In this document: piece by piece, positions 1-10,032 of the stretch | Position numbering within the stretch: position 1 is the first letter of the stretch | Layout of the letters: every line of letters begins with the position of its first letter | The notes under the pieces: model-generated | Told to the model about the DNA's origin: nothing | Database searches by the model: none | What the model saw: only the letters and a program-made list of their open reading frames with translations | Program-made: the position numbers and the translations under genes | Source: Anaeromyxobacteraceae bacterium | Lineage (GTDB): Bacteria > Myxococcota > Myxococcia > Myxococcales > Anaeromyxobacteraceae | Assembly (NCBI GenBank): GCA_047602405.1 | Contig: JASGHJ010000001.1 | Span: 2,016,001-2,080,000, forward strand | Reading direction: 5' to 3' | Length of the DNA stretch: 64,000 nt

Positions 1-58
1 TGAGCTCGAGGCCGGTGTAGCCGGAGGCGCCGACCACCGCGACTGCATGTTCATTCAT
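1..58 (-). CDS. argC: N-acetyl-gamma-glutamyl-phosphate reductase, 5' end (runs off the window)
   Basis: Minus strand reads MNEHAVAVVGASGYTGLEL, the ArgC GASGYTG Rossmann motif; ARG boxes overlap the start. Confidence 0.8.
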   Translation of the reverse strand, partial: MNEHAVAVVGASGYTGLEL

Positions 59-94
59 GCGGGCGAATAGATATGCATTCGGCCCGGATGTCAA
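44..94 (-). promoter_or_regulatory. Tandem ArgR (ARG) boxes and sigma70-like promoter of argC
   Basis: TGCATGTTCATTCA (44-57) and CGAATAGATATGCA (64-77) resemble TGMAT-N4-ATKCA; TTGACA on minus strand at 89-94. Confidence 0.65.
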
Positions 95-136
95 CCTCGC
101 CCGCGTCGCCGCCGCCTGTGGCACCATGGCGGCCCC

Positions 137-991
137 GTGAAGAACCTCGTCCTCGCGACCGCCGGTACGCGCTCCCTCCACCGCCAGTGGATGGGTGACC
201 CCGCCACGCGGAGCTACGACGTCTGGCTCAACTGCTACGAGCCCGCGGCCCTCGAGGCCTTCCGCGACGACCCGGTGCGCCGCTTCGACGCCCGGGGCAC
301 CATGAAGTGGCCCGGCATGGCCCGCACGCTCGACGCGGTGGGACCCGAGGTCGATCGCTACGACGCGGTCTGGTTCCCGGACGACGACGTCGCCATCGAC
401 GCCGCGGGGATCGAGGCGCTCTTCTCCCACGTCCACGCCCTCGGCCTCGCGCTCGCGCAGCCGGCGCTCTCCGACGCCTCCTACTTCTCGGCGGCGCTCA
501 CGCTCCGCTGCCCCGGGTTCACGGTGCGCTTCACGAACTTCGTGGAGGTGATGGCGCCGGTGTTCTCCCGCGACGCGCTCGCGCGCTGTCGCGCCACCTT
601 CCCGCGGAGCCAGTCGGGCTGGGGGCTCGACTGGGTCTGGCCGCGGCTCCTCGGCGACCCGCTCGACCGCGTCGGCGTCCTCGACGCGGTCGAGATGACC
701 CACACGAAGCCGGTCGCCCAGGGTGACTGGTACAAGGCGCTCGCGGTGAGGCCGTCCGACGAGGCGGGCGCGCTCGCGTCGGAGCACGGCGTGGCGCTGC
801 CCTTCGAGTTCCGGCAGTACGGCGGCATCCCCGCGGCGGCCGGCCTCGACCGCGGCGCGCTCCTCCGCGCGGGCCCGGCGTTCCTGTGGCGGCTCCTCGC
901 CGGCGCACCGCCCTCCCAGCGCTGGCGCGGCCCGTTCCTGCGCCGGCAGTGGCGGAGCGTGCGGGCCGGGCGGCGCAGCCGCGCCGGGTGA
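137..991 (+). CDS. DUF707-family glycosyltransferase-like protein
   Basis: Motifs YDAVWFPDDD, LAQPAL, TNFVEVMAPVFSR, GWGLD. Confidence 0.75.
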   Translation: MKNLVLATAGTRSLHRQWMGDPATRSYDVWLNCYEPAALEAFRDDPVRRFDARGTMKWPGMARTLDAVGPEVDRYDAVWFPDDDVAIDAAGIEALFSHVHALGLALAQPALSDASYFSAALTLRCPGFTVRFTNFVEVMAPVFSRDALARCRATFPRSQSGWGLDWVWPRLLGDPLDRVGVLDAVEMTHTKPVAQGDWYKALAVRPSDEAGALASEHGVALPFEFRQYGGIPAAAGLDRGALLRAGPAFLWRLLAGAPPSQRWRGPFLRRQWRSVRAGRRSRAG

Positions 992-1080
992 CGTCCGGCG
1001 GGTCCCCGGCCCGCCGGCCGGGCCCTCGCCCGGCCGCGGCCGGGGCTGCAGCCGGCGCCGCCCGCCGCTAGACGGGCGCG

Positions 1081-2643
1081 ATGCCCCGCGCGCCCCTCGC
1101 GATCTCCCTCGTGCTCGCCGCCGCCTCGTGCGGCGCGGCGGTCGTCCCCACGGCCACGGCGCCCGCGCCCGCCGGCGTCGGCGCGCCAGCGCTCCTCTGG
1201 TCGCGCGGCGGCTGCGAGGCGTGGGGCTGCGACGTGGGGTGGTATGCGTCCCCCGCCGTCGCGGACCTCGACGGCGATCCCGCGACGAAGGAGGTCGTGT
1301 GGGGCGCCCACGACCTCGTCGCGCTCCGCGCCGACGGGAGCGTGCTCTGGCGCGCGGAGGGCGGCGCGCGCGTCTGGGCGTCGCCCGCGGTCGCCGACCT
1401 CACGGGCGACGGGCGGCCCGAGCTCGTGGTCGCGCGCGACGGCGGCGTCACGGTGCACGGCCCCGGCGGCGCGGTGCTGTGGACGGCGGCGTTCGGGCCC
1501 GGCGAGCTCCGCACGCTCGCCATCGCCGATCTCGAGGGCGACGGTGCGCCGGAGGTGCTGGCCGGCCGCGCCGCGCAGGAGGCCGACGGGCAGGTGATGG
1601 CGTGGCGGGGTGCGAACGGCGCGCCGGTGCCGGGCTTCCCCGCGCGCCACGCCGGGGCGCCGGGGTACGGCTGGGGCATGTTCCACGAGAACCTCGCCGC
1701 GGCCGACCTCGACGGCGACGGCGCGCTCGAGCTCGTCGCCCCCACCGACGTCCACTACGTGACCGTGCTCGACCACCGCGGCGAGCAGGTGGGCGTGAAC
1801 CCGCGCTTCGGCGCCGGCAAGGTCTGGAGCGAGGTCGGCGTGCACCTCACCGACGCCGTCGACCTGCGCGGCTACGCGGTGTGCGGCGTCGACCCGCGCC
1901 CGAACTTCTCCGACTCCTCGCCGGTGGTCGCCGACCTCGACGGCGACGGCACGCCGGAGGTCGTCCTGGTGGGCAACGTCTACGACTGCGGGACGGATCC
2001 CTACCGCGACCTCTACGAGGTGCCGTTCGTCTTCCGGGCGGACCGCACCCGCTTCGCGGCGGGCGGGTTCGACTGGTCCTCGGCGCCCGCGCCGGCGCCG
2101 GGCGCGGCGCCGCGCTCCGAGGACTACCGGGTCATCGAGGACGCGATGCCGGCGCCCGCGGTCGCGGACCTCGACGGCGACGGGCGGAAGGAGGTCGTGT
2201 ACGCCTCGTACGACGGCCGCGTGCACGCGTACTCGCTCGACCGGACCGAGCACGGGAGCTGGCCGTTCCGGCTCCCGGGCGCGGGCACGCGGTTCGCCTC
2301 CGAGCCGGCGGTCGTGGACCTCGACGGCGACGGGAAGGCGGAGGTGATCGTCGGGACCTGGGGCGAGAAGGCCCGCCGGGAGCCGGGCCAGCTCCTCGTG
2401 CTCGATCACCTCGGGCGGCTCGTCTTCGCGGTGGACCTCCCGCCGGCGGCCGACGGGGGCTGGAACGGCGCGCTCGGCGCGCCGACGGTCGCGAACGTCG
2501 ACGCCGACCCGGACCTCGAGATCGCGGTGGGCACCGCGGCGGCGGGCGTCGCGCTCTACCGGGTGCCGGGCACGGCCCACGCGCGGGTGCTCTGGGGCAC
2601 GGGGCGCGGCGGGTTCGCGCGGAGCGGGACGCTGGCGCGGTAG
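1081..2643 (+). CDS. Secreted/lipoprotein FG-GAP (VCBS) repeat beta-propeller protein
   Basis: Signal peptide ending LAAASC; many SPAVADLDGDG Ca-binding repeats. Confidence 0.8.
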   Translation: MPRAPLAISLVLAAASCGAAVVPTATAPAPAGVGAPALLWSRGGCEAWGCDVGWYASPAVADLDGDPATKEVVWGAHDLVALRADGSVLWRAEGGARVWASPAVADLTGDGRPELVVARDGGVTVHGPGGAVLWTAAFGPGELRTLAIADLEGDGAPEVLAGRAAQEADGQVMAWRGANGAPVPGFPARHAGAPGYGWGMFHENLAAADLDGDGALELVAPTDVHYVTVLDHRGEQVGVNPRFGAGKVWSEVGVHLTDAVDLRGYAVCGVDPRPNFSDSSPVVADLDGDGTPEVVLVGNVYDCGTDPYRDLYEVPFVFRADRTRFAAGGFDWSSAPAPAPGAAPRSEDYRVIEDAMPAPAVADLDGDGRKEVVYASYDGRVHAYSLDRTEHGSWPFRLPGAGTRFASEPAVVDLDGDGKAEVIVGTWGEKARREPGQLLVLDHLGRLVFAVDLPPAADGGWNGALGAPTVANVDADPDLEIAVGTAAAGVALYRVPGTAHARVLWGTGRGGFARSGTLAR

Positions 2644-2650
2644 GGACCGC

Positions 2651-2687
2651 AAAAGAAGAGCGCCGGTGACCTTGCGGTCACCGGCGC
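2651..2687 (-). terminator. Rho-independent terminator after tRNA-Leu
   Basis: 12-bp stem GCGCCGGTGACC/GGTCACCGGCGC, GCAA loop on minus strand, followed by TCTTCTTTT. Confidence 0.8.
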
Positions 2688-2694
2688 GCGAATG

Positions 2695-2778
2695 TGCCCA
2701 GGAGAGGATTCGAACCTCCACGGTTTTGAAGCCGCCAGACCCTGAATCTGGTGCGTCTACCAGTTCCGCCACCTGGGC
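2695..2778 (-). tRNA. tRNA-Leu (anticodon CAG), CCA not encoded
   Basis: GCCCAGGTGGCGGAACTGGTAGACGCACCAGATTCAGGGTCTGG...GGTTCGAATCC...CTGGGCA; long variable arm. Confidence 0.97.
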
Positions 2779-2796
2779 AGGTTGCGAAGGGGCTAC

Positions 2797-2826
2797 CTCA
2801 TATGCCGCGCCCGGCGGGGGTGTCAA
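2797..2826 (-). promoter_or_regulatory. sigma70-like promoter for tRNA-Leu
   Basis: TTGACA-N18-TATGAG on minus strand just upstream of the tRNA. Confidence 0.5.
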
Positions 2827-2882
2827 CCGCGCAGATCTTCCCACCTGTCGCGCGGGCCGGGGCTGCCCTACCATGCCCGGCC

Positions 2883-3524
2883 ATGCTCGCCCTCGCGCTC
2901 GTCGCCCACCTCGCCCTCGCCCAGGCCGGCGACGGCCCCACGGTCGGGGCGGAGCCCGCGGTGCCGTCGATCTGGTCCGCGAAGCCGCTCGAGGGGGGCT
3001 CGGTCGGCGCGGCGTGGGCAGGCTTCGCCTCGCTCGGGATCGCGTACGCGCAGGGCGTCACCGACGTGGACGACCTCGGGATCCAGCTCGACCTCGACTG
3101 GGCGACGACCGAGCTGCGCCTCTCCAGCCTCTACCGCAGGCCGCTCGGGACGCTCGGCGGCTGGGACCTCGGCGCCCGGATCACCGCGGGCTGGTACGCC
3201 GGCTTCGGGTCGACCTGGGTGGAGGACGGCAACCGGAGCGACCGCGGGATTGACGTCGCGCCGGCGGCGGTGATCTCGCACCCGCTCGCGGGCGGCGAGC
3301 TCTCGGTCACGGCCGAGCTGCCGTTCACCTTCACCCTCCGGCGGAACGGCGGCGTGCTCCTGCGCCCACAGGCCTGGGTCGGCTACGAGGTCGGGCTCTG
3401 GTCGGACGTCGCGCTCGGCGCGCGGGCCATGGTCGGGTGGAGGAAGGGGCTCGGCGACGCGCCGCTGCCGGAGCCGGCCGCGCAGCTCGCGTTCCTCGTC
3501 ACCGCCACGTACCGCGTCTTCTGA
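2883..3524 (+). CDS. Putative outer-membrane beta-barrel protein
   Basis: Signal peptide MLALALVAHLALAQA, alternating beta-strand pattern, C-terminal aromatic residue (TATYRVF). Confidence 0.55.
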   Translation: MLALALVAHLALAQAGDGPTVGAEPAVPSIWSAKPLEGGSVGAAWAGFASLGIAYAQGVTDVDDLGIQLDLDWATTELRLSSLYRRPLGTLGGWDLGARITAGWYAGFGSTWVEDGNRSDRGIDVAPAAVISHPLAGGELSVTAELPFTFTLRRNGGVLLRPQAWVGYEVGLWSDVALGARAMVGWRKGLGDAPLPEPAAQLAFLVTATYRVF

Positions 3525-3530
3525 GTTCCA

Positions 3531-3610
3531 CGGGGGGCGTAGCCCCCCGCCCCGACCAGCAAAGCTGGATCGGGGCCCCACCCCCGGATCAGCTCCGCTT
3601 CGCTTCGCTG
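3531..3610. repeat. REP-like hairpin cluster between convergent genes
   Basis: GGGGGGC-GTA-GCCCCCC and CCCCGA-CCAGC-AAA-GCTGG-A-TCGGGG stems, then (GCTTC)n. Confidence 0.45.
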
Positions 3611-3612
3611 GG

Positions 3613-4947
3613 CTACTGGATCGCCCGCAGCTTCTTCACCATCTCGTCCGGCCCGATCGCGGTCATCACGCGCTCGGGGTGCTCCTTGCCGGACGAGTCG
3701 ATGAAGATCACCGTCGGCATGCCGACGATGCCGTACTTCTCGTAGGCCGCCTGGAACGCGGGCGTCTCCTCCGAGCCGTCGAGCTTCACGGCGACGAAGC
3801 GCGACGCCTCCTCGCGGACCGCCGGGTGCGACCAGGCGATCTTGTCGAGCTCCTTGCAGGCGGTGCACCAGTCGGCCCAGAAGTCGACGATGACCGGCCG
3901 CCCCTCGGCGCGCGCCTTCGCGAGCGCCTCCTCCTCGGAGTGCAGCCAGGCGAAGCTCGCGGCGACCCGGGCGCGATCGCGCGCGCCGGCCGCGCCGACG
4001 CCGTAGACGATGCCACCGACGAGGAGCGCGACGCCGAGCCCCTTCGCGAGGCGCGGGCCCCAGGCGGCGTGGAAGCTGCCCGAGAGGGCGCCGAGCAGCA
4101 CGCCCGCCGCGGCCGCGCCGGCGGCGACGAGCGCCGCGCCGCGCGCGGCCGAGAAGAGCGGCTTCACGGCGGGGAAGGCGTCCTTGAGGAAGACGCCGGC
4201 CGCGGCGAGGAGCGCCACGCCGAAGAACGACTTCACCGTGTCCATCCACGGGCCGGACTTCGGGAGCGAGACCGAGAACGCGCCGATGAGGAAGAAGAGG
4301 AGCCCCATCCCGAGCGCGTAGGTGAACATGATGCCGAGGCCGAAGGCGACCGAGCCCTTGGCCGCCACGAAGGTGAGCGCGGCGGCGAGCACCGGGCCGG
4401 TGCAGGGCGCGGCGATGATGCCGGAGACGAGCCCCATCGCGAACGCGCCGAGGTAGCCCGCGCCGCCGACGGTGTTGAGCCGGGCCTGCCACGCGCCGGG
4501 CAGCTGCAGCTCGAAGGCGCCGAACATCGAGGCCGCCATCGCGGCGAGCACGATCGCGACGAAGCCGATCACCCAGGGGTTCGACATCACGCTGCCGAAC
4601 GCGGCGCCGGTGAGCGCCGCGCCCACGCCGAGCGCCGAGTACATCGCGGCGATGCCGAGGACGTACAGGCCGGAGAGGGCCATCGCCTCGCCGCGGCCGG
4701 AGGCCTTCCGCGCGCCGAAGATGGAGACGGTGATGGGGATGAGCGGGTAGACGCAGGGCGTGAGGCTCGTGAGGACGCCGCCCGCGAAGGCGACCGCGAA
4801 GGCGAGGACCGAGCCCGCGCCGAGGAGGGCCCCGAGGCCGAGGTCGCTCGCGGCGCCGGAGGGTCCGAGGCCGACGAGATTGGGGAGCCAGGCCACGCCG
4901 GCGAAGGCGAGGGCGGCGACGAGGAGGCGGACGGCGAGCGATTTCAC
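3613..4947 (-). CDS. dsbD: DsbD/CcdA-family thiol:disulfide interchange protein with C-terminal thioredoxin domain
   Basis: LTPCVYP and APCTGP transmembrane cysteines; DFWADWCTAC. Confidence 0.85.
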   Translation of the reverse strand: MKSLAVRLLVAALAFAGVAWLPNLVGLGPSGAASDLGLGALLGAGSVLAFAVAFAGGVLTSLTPCVYPLIPITVSIFGARKASGRGEAMALSGLYVLGIAAMYSALGVGAALTGAAFGSVMSNPWVIGFVAIVLAAMAASMFGAFELQLPGAWQARLNTVGGAGYLGAFAMGLVSGIIAAPCTGPVLAAALTFVAAKGSVAFGLGIMFTYALGMGLLFFLIGAFSVSLPKSGPWMDTVKSFFGVALLAAAGVFLKDAFPAVKPLFSAARGAALVAAGAAAAGVLLGALSGSFHAAWGPRLAKGLGVALLVGGIVYGVGAAGARDRARVAASFAWLHSEEEALAKARAEGRPVIVDFWADWCTACKELDKIAWSHPAVREEASRFVAVKLDGSEETPAFQAAYEKYGIVGMPTVIFIDSSGKEHPERVMTAIGPDEMVKKLRAIQ

Positions 4948-5055
4948 GGAGGCTTCCTAACCGAAAACGGGCGGGCGGGCCAGACCGGCGGGGCCCGGAC
5001 GGAGACCGGCAGGGTGGCCCGCGGCGGCCCTCCACGGTAGAGACAGGGGAGCCGC

Positions 5056-6261
5056 ATGAAGATTCCCATCTACATGGACCACCACGCCACGACCCCGGTC
5101 GACCCCCGGGTGCTCGAGGCGATGCTGCCTTACTTCTCCGAGCACTTCGGCAACGCCGCCTCGAAGAGCCACTCCTTCGGCTGGCGGGCCGAGGAGGCGG
5201 TGGAGGAGGCCCGGGAGCGGGTGGCGGCCCTGGTGGGGGCGACCGCGCGCGAGATTGTCTGGACGAGCGGCGCGACCGAGTCGGACAACCTCGCGGTGAA
5301 GGGCGCGGCCCACTTCCACGCCGGGAGGGGGAAGCACCTCGTCACCTGCACGACCGAGCACCCCGCGGTCCTCGACACGATGGCGGCGCTCGAGCGCGAG
5401 GGCTTCACCGTGACGCGCGTGCCGGTGGGCCGCGATGGGCGGCTCGACCCGGAGCGCGTGAAGGCGGCGCTGCGCCCGGACACGACGCTCGTCTCGGTGA
5501 TGCACGCGAACAACGAGACCGGCGTCGTCCACCCGATCGAGGAGATCGGCAAGCTCACCCGCGCGGCCGGGGTGCTGTTCCACTGCGACGCGGTGCAGTC
5601 GGTCGGGAAGCTCCCGTTCGACGTGGAGGCCGCCCAGGTCGACCTCGCGTCGCTGTCGGCGCACAAGATGTACGGGCCGAAGGGCGTGGGCGCGCTCTAC
5701 GTGCGCCGGCGTCCCCGCGCGCGGATCGTCGCGCAGCTGGACGGCGGCGGCCACGAGCGCGGGTACCGCTCCGGCACGCTCAACGTGCCGGGCATCGTCG
5801 GGTTCGGGAAGGCGGCCGAGCTCGCGAGGGCGGAGGGGACCGCGGAGGCGGAGCGGCTCCTCGCGCTCCGGGAGCGGCTCCGCCAGGGCATCGTCTCGCA
5901 GGTGGAGGCGGTGGCGCTGAACGGCAGCCTCGAGCACCGGCTCCCCGGCAACCTCAACCTCTCGTTCGAGGGCGTCGAGGGCGAGGCGCTCCTGCTCGCG
6001 CTGCGCGACGTGGCGCTCTCGTCGGGCTCCGCCTGCACGAGCGCGTCCCTGCAGGCGTCGCACGTGCTCCGGGCGATGGGCGTCTCCGAGGCGCTCGCGC
6101 ACGCGTCGCTCCGGTTCGGCCTGGGCCGGTTCAACACCGAGGAGGAGGTGGACCACGTGGTCCGCCTCGTCGTCGAGAAGGTGGCCCGCCTGAGGGCCCT
6201 CTCCCCGGTGTGGGAGGGGCGGCCCCGCGCCGGGGCTGCGCCGGAGCCCGCGCCCGGTTAA
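5056..6261 (+). CDS. iscS: IscS-type cysteine desulfurase
   Basis: [20 protein letters not shown] (PLP Lys), SSGSACTS. Confidence 0.95.
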   Translation: MKIPIYMDHHATTPVDPRVLEAMLPYFSEHFGNAASKSHSFGWRAEEAVEEARERVAALVGATAREIVWTSGATESDNLAVKGAAHFHAGRGKHLVTCTTEHPAVLDTMAALEREGFTVTRVPVGRDGRLDPERVKAALRPDTTLVSVMHANNETGVVHPIEEIGKLTRAAGVLFHCDAVQSVGKLPFDVEAAQVDLASLSAHKMYGPKGVGALYVRRRPRARIVAQLDGGGHERGYRSGTLNVPGIVGFGKAAELARAEGTAEAERLLALRERLRQGIVSQVEAVALNGSLEHRLPGNLNLSFEGVEGEALLLALRDVALSSGSACTSASLQASHVLRAMGVSEALAHASLRFGLGRFNTEEEVDHVVRLVVEKVARLRALSPVWEGRPRAGAAPEPAPG

Positions 6262-6272
6262 GAGCGAGGGTC

Positions 6273-6596
6273 ATGATCGAGCTCACCGAGAAGGCCGCCG
6301 TCCGCATCCGCGCGATGATCGCCGAGCGCGGCACGCCCGCGGGCGGGCTGCGCCTCGGCGTGCAGGGCGGCGGCTGCTCCGGCCTCGAGTACGTCGTGGC
6401 CTGGGCGGACGCGCCCACCGAGAAGGACCTCGTCGTCGAGCGCGACGGGGGCCGGCTCGTGGTCGACCGGCGCAGCGCGAAGTTCCTCGCCGGCACCGTC
6501 GTCGAGTGGAAGTCGAGCCTCATGCAGAGCGGGTTCGTGTTCCAGAACCCGAACGTCAAGGGCTCCTGCTCCTGCGGCGAGTCGTTCTCGGTCTGA
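6273..6596 (+). CDS. iscA: IscA/HesB Fe-S cluster assembly protein
   Basis: GGGCSGLEY and CSCGESF. Confidence 0.92.
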   Translation: MIELTEKAAVRIRAMIAERGTPAGGLRLGVQGGGCSGLEYVVAWADAPTEKDLVVERDGGRLVVDRRSAKFLAGTVVEWKSSLMQSGFVFQNPNVKGSCSCGESFSV

Positions 6597-6677
6597 CGCG
6601 TTGCCGCAGGTGGGGCCGGGCGTCCGCCCCGGTCTGGGGGCGCCGCTGCCGGGTCCGCATTGGGTATCCTTCTCCCG

Positions 6678-7268
6678 ATGAGCCTCCCGGCCGCCCCGGC
6701 CTCGCTGCCCGCCCCGTCGCCCACGCCCGCGTGGCGGCGGCTCGTGGCGCCGGTCGCCGTGACCCTCGCGGTCGCGCTCGCGGCCCGGGCCCTCGGGCTC
6801 GACGCCTCGCTCGAGCGGCTCGCCGCCGTCGCGCGGTCCTTCGGCGCACCCGGCGTCGCCCTGCACGCGTTCCTCTACGTCCCCGCGATGCTGCTCGGGC
6901 TGCCGGTCGCGCCGCTCACCGCGGCGGCCGGGCTCGCGTACGGCCCGCTCGCCGGCGCCGCGCTCGCGGTCCCCGCGTCCACCCTCGCCTCGACGCTCGC
7001 GTTCCTCGCCGGGCGCCGGGGCCTCGGCCCGGGCGCGCTCGCGGGCGGCACGTGCCTCGTCTCGAGGGCCGCGCGCGCGGCGGCGGCCGGGGGCGTGCGG
7101 GCCGTGTTCCTCCTGCGCCTCGTGCCGGTCGCGCCCGGCGCCCTGCTCAGCTTCGCGCTCGGCGCGACCGCGTGCCGGACGCGCGACTTCGTCGTGGGCT
7201 CGCTGCTCGGCTCGGTGCCGGTCGCGCTCCTCTACGCGTGGCTGGGCGCGCTGCTCGGCGGGGGCTGA
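6678..7268 (+). CDS. TVP38/TMEM64 (VTT/DedA-like) membrane protein
   Basis: Hydrophobic; AAGLAYGP...LLRLVPVAP...SFALG pattern. Confidence 0.8.
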   Translation: MSLPAAPASLPAPSPTPAWRRLVAPVAVTLAVALAARALGLDASLERLAAVARSFGAPGVALHAFLYVPAMLLGLPVAPLTAAAGLAYGPLAGAALAVPASTLASTLAFLAGRRGLGPGALAGGTCLVSRAARAAAAGGVRAVFLLRLVPVAPGALLSFALGATACRTRDFVVGSLLGSVPVALLYAWLGALLGGG

Positions 7269-7276
7269 GGCCGGGC

Positions 7277-7558
7277 TTACAGGAACTCGCAGAGGTAGGC
7301 GGCGGGCGCGGTGGCCTTCACGTCGAACCCGCTCTTCGCCGGCACCTCGAACGCGGTGCCCGCGGGGAACGCGCGGAAGGCCGCCTCGCCCGGGAGCTTC
7401 GCCCAGAGCTCGCCGGAGACGACGGTCATCCGCTCCGCCGCGTCGGTGCCGAAGTGGAACTCGCCGGCGTCGCAGACGCCGACGGTCGCGCGGCGGCCAT
7501 TCCGCTCGAAGCCGACGCTCTGGACCTTCCCCTCGAAGTACGTGTTGTGCTTCAGCAT
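7277..7558 (-). CDS. ppnP: Pyrimidine/purine nucleoside phosphorylase (DUF1255)
   Basis: MLKHNTYFEGKVQS...FGTDAAERMTVVSG...YLCEF. Confidence 0.9.
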   Translation of the reverse strand: MLKHNTYFEGKVQSVGFERNGRRATVGVCDAGEFHFGTDAAERMTVVSGELWAKLPGEAAFRAFPAGTAFEVPAKSGFDVKATAPAAYLCEFL

Positions 7559-7649
7559 GGCCCGACGTGACCACGCGCGCCGCGCGCGGTCAACCTGCGA
7601 CGGCGCATCCCTCGACGGCGAGCTGCGGGCGTGCTCCCCTCGCGGCACC

Positions 7650-8366
7650 ATGACCGCCCACGAGCTCCTCCTCATGGCCATCCCGGCGGTGGTCGCCCTC
7701 GCGGGCGGCGTGCTCGCCGCGCTCTGGCACCCCGGGCGGCAGGCCCGCAGCCTCATCCAGCACTTCGCGGCGGGGGTGGTGCTCGCGGCGCTCGCGGTGG
7801 AGCTGCTGCCCGAGATCGAGCGCGAGCACGCGCCCGCCCTCGTCCTCGCGGGCTCCTTCGCGGCGGGCGCGCTCTTCATGTTCGGGCTCAAGCTCGTGAC
7901 GGAGCGGCTCGAGCACCGCGCCGGCCCCGGGGGCGGGAGCGCCGGCCTGGTCACGGCGGTGTTCGTCGACGTCGCGATGGACGGGTTCATCATCGGCGCC
8001 GGCTTCGCGGCCGGGGGCGAGACCGGCCCGGTGCTCGCGATCGGCCTCTCCGTGGAGCTCCTGTTCCTCGGCCTCGCGCTCACCTCCGAGCGCCCCGGAG
8101 GGCTGCGCATCGTCGGGCTGTCGGCCGGGCTGGGCGTGACCGTGCTCGCCGCGGCCATCGCCGGGAAGCTCCTCCTCGCCGGCGCGTCCATCCACGTCAT
8201 CGCCGGCGCGCTCTCGTTCTCGGCCGCCGCGCTCCTCTACCTCGTCACCGAGGAGCTCCTCATGGAGGCCCACGAAGGCGACCACCCCGAGACGCCGGCC
8301 TCCACGCTCGTGCTCTTCGCGGGCTTCCTCGCGTTCTGGGCGGTGCAGCTCGCCGGCCGGGGCTGA
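7650..8366 (+). CDS. ZIP-family metal transporter
   Basis: QHFAAGV, VELLPE, DGFIIG, LLYLVTEELL motifs. Confidence 0.8.
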   Translation: MTAHELLLMAIPAVVALAGGVLAALWHPGRQARSLIQHFAAGVVLAALAVELLPEIEREHAPALVLAGSFAAGALFMFGLKLVTERLEHRAGPGGGSAGLVTAVFVDVAMDGFIIGAGFAAGGETGPVLAIGLSVELLFLGLALTSERPGGLRIVGLSAGLGVTVLAAAIAGKLLLAGASIHVIAGALSFSAAALLYLVTEELLMEAHEGDHPETPASTLVLFAGFLAFWAVQLAGRG

Positions 8367-8402
8367 GACGGCCCGCGACCACCGCGGGTGGGGCGGCGTC
8401 GC

Positions 8403-9263
8403 TCACGCGCCCTCCCCGGCGGGGTGGAGCGGCGCGTAGACGCTCGGGATGATGGTGCGGACCTTCGCGGCCGCCTTGCCGGCCGACTCGGCGCCGCCGA
8501 GGAACAGGTAGCCGTCGGGCTCGAGCTTCCCGAGGAGGCGGTCGACGACCTTCGCCCGCACGTCCGGCTCGAAGTAGATGAGCACGTTCCGGCAGAAGAT
8601 GAGGTCGAACTGCGGGATGGGCCAGCCGCCGCGGATGAGGTTCACCCGGTCGAAGTGCACGAGCCGCCGGAGCGAGTCGCGCGCGACGAGCGCGCCGTCG
8701 GCGTCCTCGTCCCAGTGCAGGAGCAGCTTCTCCGGCGGGATCTGGGGCTTCTTGAGCGCCGGGTAGCGGCCCTCGCGGGCGCGGGCGAGCGCCTTCGAGG
8801 AGAAGTCGGTCGCGAGGATCGCCAGGTCCCAGCTCGCGCCGCCGGGCAGGCAGCCGGGCGGGAACGCCGCGAGGAGCGCCATCGCGAGCGACCACGCCTC
8901 CTCGCCGGTGGCGCACGCGGTGCTCCACAGCCGGGCCTTCGGCGGCCGGCGCCCCTGCGCGACCTCCGTGCGCCAGCGCGGGAAGACGTCGGACTCGAGG
9001 AGCGCCCACTGCTTCGGCTCCCGGAAGAACGAGGTCTCGTGCGTGGCGATGGCCTCGAGGAGCCGGGTGCGCTCGTCCACGTCGCGCTGGCAGAGGTCGA
9101 GGTAGTCGCGGTAGCTCGCGAGCCCGAGCTCGCGGACGCGGCGGTCGAGGCGCCCGGTGAGGAACGGCGCCTTCACCTGGGGGAGGAAGATCCCCGTCTC
9201 CCGCTCGATCAGCGCCTGGAAGAGCGTGAAGTCGAGGTCGGAGAGGGCCAGGGGTCCGCTCAT
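8403..9263 (-). CDS. cheR: CheR-type methyltransferase (orphan, near frz)
   Basis: HETSFFRE, WSTACATGEE, FDLIFCRNVLIYF, GYLFLG. Confidence 0.9.
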   Translation of the reverse strand: MSGPLALSDLDFTLFQALIERETGIFLPQVKAPFLTGRLDRRVRELGLASYRDYLDLCQRDVDERTRLLEAIATHETSFFREPKQWALLESDVFPRWRTEVAQGRRPPKARLWSTACATGEEAWSLAMALLAAFPPGCLPGGASWDLAILATDFSSKALARAREGRYPALKKPQIPPEKLLLHWDEDADGALVARDSLRRLVHFDRVNLIRGGWPIPQFDLIFCRNVLIYFEPDVRAKVVDRLLGKLEPDGYLFLGGAESAGKAAAKVRTIIPSVYAPLHPAGEGA

Positions 9264-9408
9264 TCGCGGCCGAGCGTACCAGCCGCGGGGGGCCCGCGGG
9301 GAGGACCACCGTCCGGCGCGCGGACCCTCTCGCGCGGGTGGCCCGGGCCGAACCCCGCGAAACCCCGGGGTCCGGGCGCTGGCCCGCTCCGTGCTCTCAC
9401 GGGCCCAC

Positions 9409-10032
9409 ATGCTCGCCCACCTCCTCGCCGGCGCCCTGCTGGGCGCCCAGCCGTCGGTCCCGCTCGCTCCGCCGCCACCGCCGCGCGCCGTTATGCCGGT
9501 GTCGCCCGCCCTGCAGCCTTCCGCGCCGGAGCCGGACCCGCCGCGCGCGGTCCAGCGGGCGCTCGCGCTCGCCGCCACGGGAGACCCGGACGTCACCCGG
9601 GTCCAGCTCGCGGCCGCCCGCCACGCGGCGACCGCGCCCGAGGGCCACAGCGCGCTCGAGGCGCTCCTGCCCCACCTCACCGCCGAGGTGCGCCACGCCG
9701 ACGCGTCGAACCGGGTGGTCGGGCTGCAGGGCTCGGGCGAGGTCGATTACCTCCGGCTGTCGCCGGCGCTCACGCTGACCGTGCGGGCCACCTGGGATCT
9801 CGGGAAGCTCGCGCCGCCCCCGCCGCCGGGGCTGCTCGAGGTGGCGCGGAGGCGAGAGGAGGCGGTCGCGAAGGCGACGAAGGTGTACTTCACGCGCCGC
9901 GCGCTCCGGGCGCGGCTGCTCCTCGAGCCGCCCGCGGATCCCGCCGCCCGGGCGGAGGCGGAGCTCGACGTGGACCGGATGACCGCGGAGCTGGATGCGC
10001 TGACCGGAGGGGCGTTCCGGTGGGTGCGGTGA
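9409..10032 (+). CDS. Secreted hypothetical protein, weak TolC-like features
   Basis: Signal peptide; LLPHL...VRATWDL...ELDALTGG. Confidence 0.5.
   Translation: MLAHLLAGALLGAQPSVPLAPPPPPRAVMPVSPALQPSAPEPDPPRAVQRALALAATGDPDVTRVQLAAARHAATAPEGHSALEALLPHLTAEVRHADASNRVVGLQGSGEVDYLRLSPALTLTVRATWDLGKLAPPPPPGLLEVARRREEAVAKATKVYFTRRALRARLLLEPPADPAARAEAELDVDRMTAELDALTGGAFRWVR

Noticed and set aside
137..2778. Genomic island integrated at tRNA-Leu
   Set aside because: No integrase and no duplicated tRNA 3' end seen; composition matches the host
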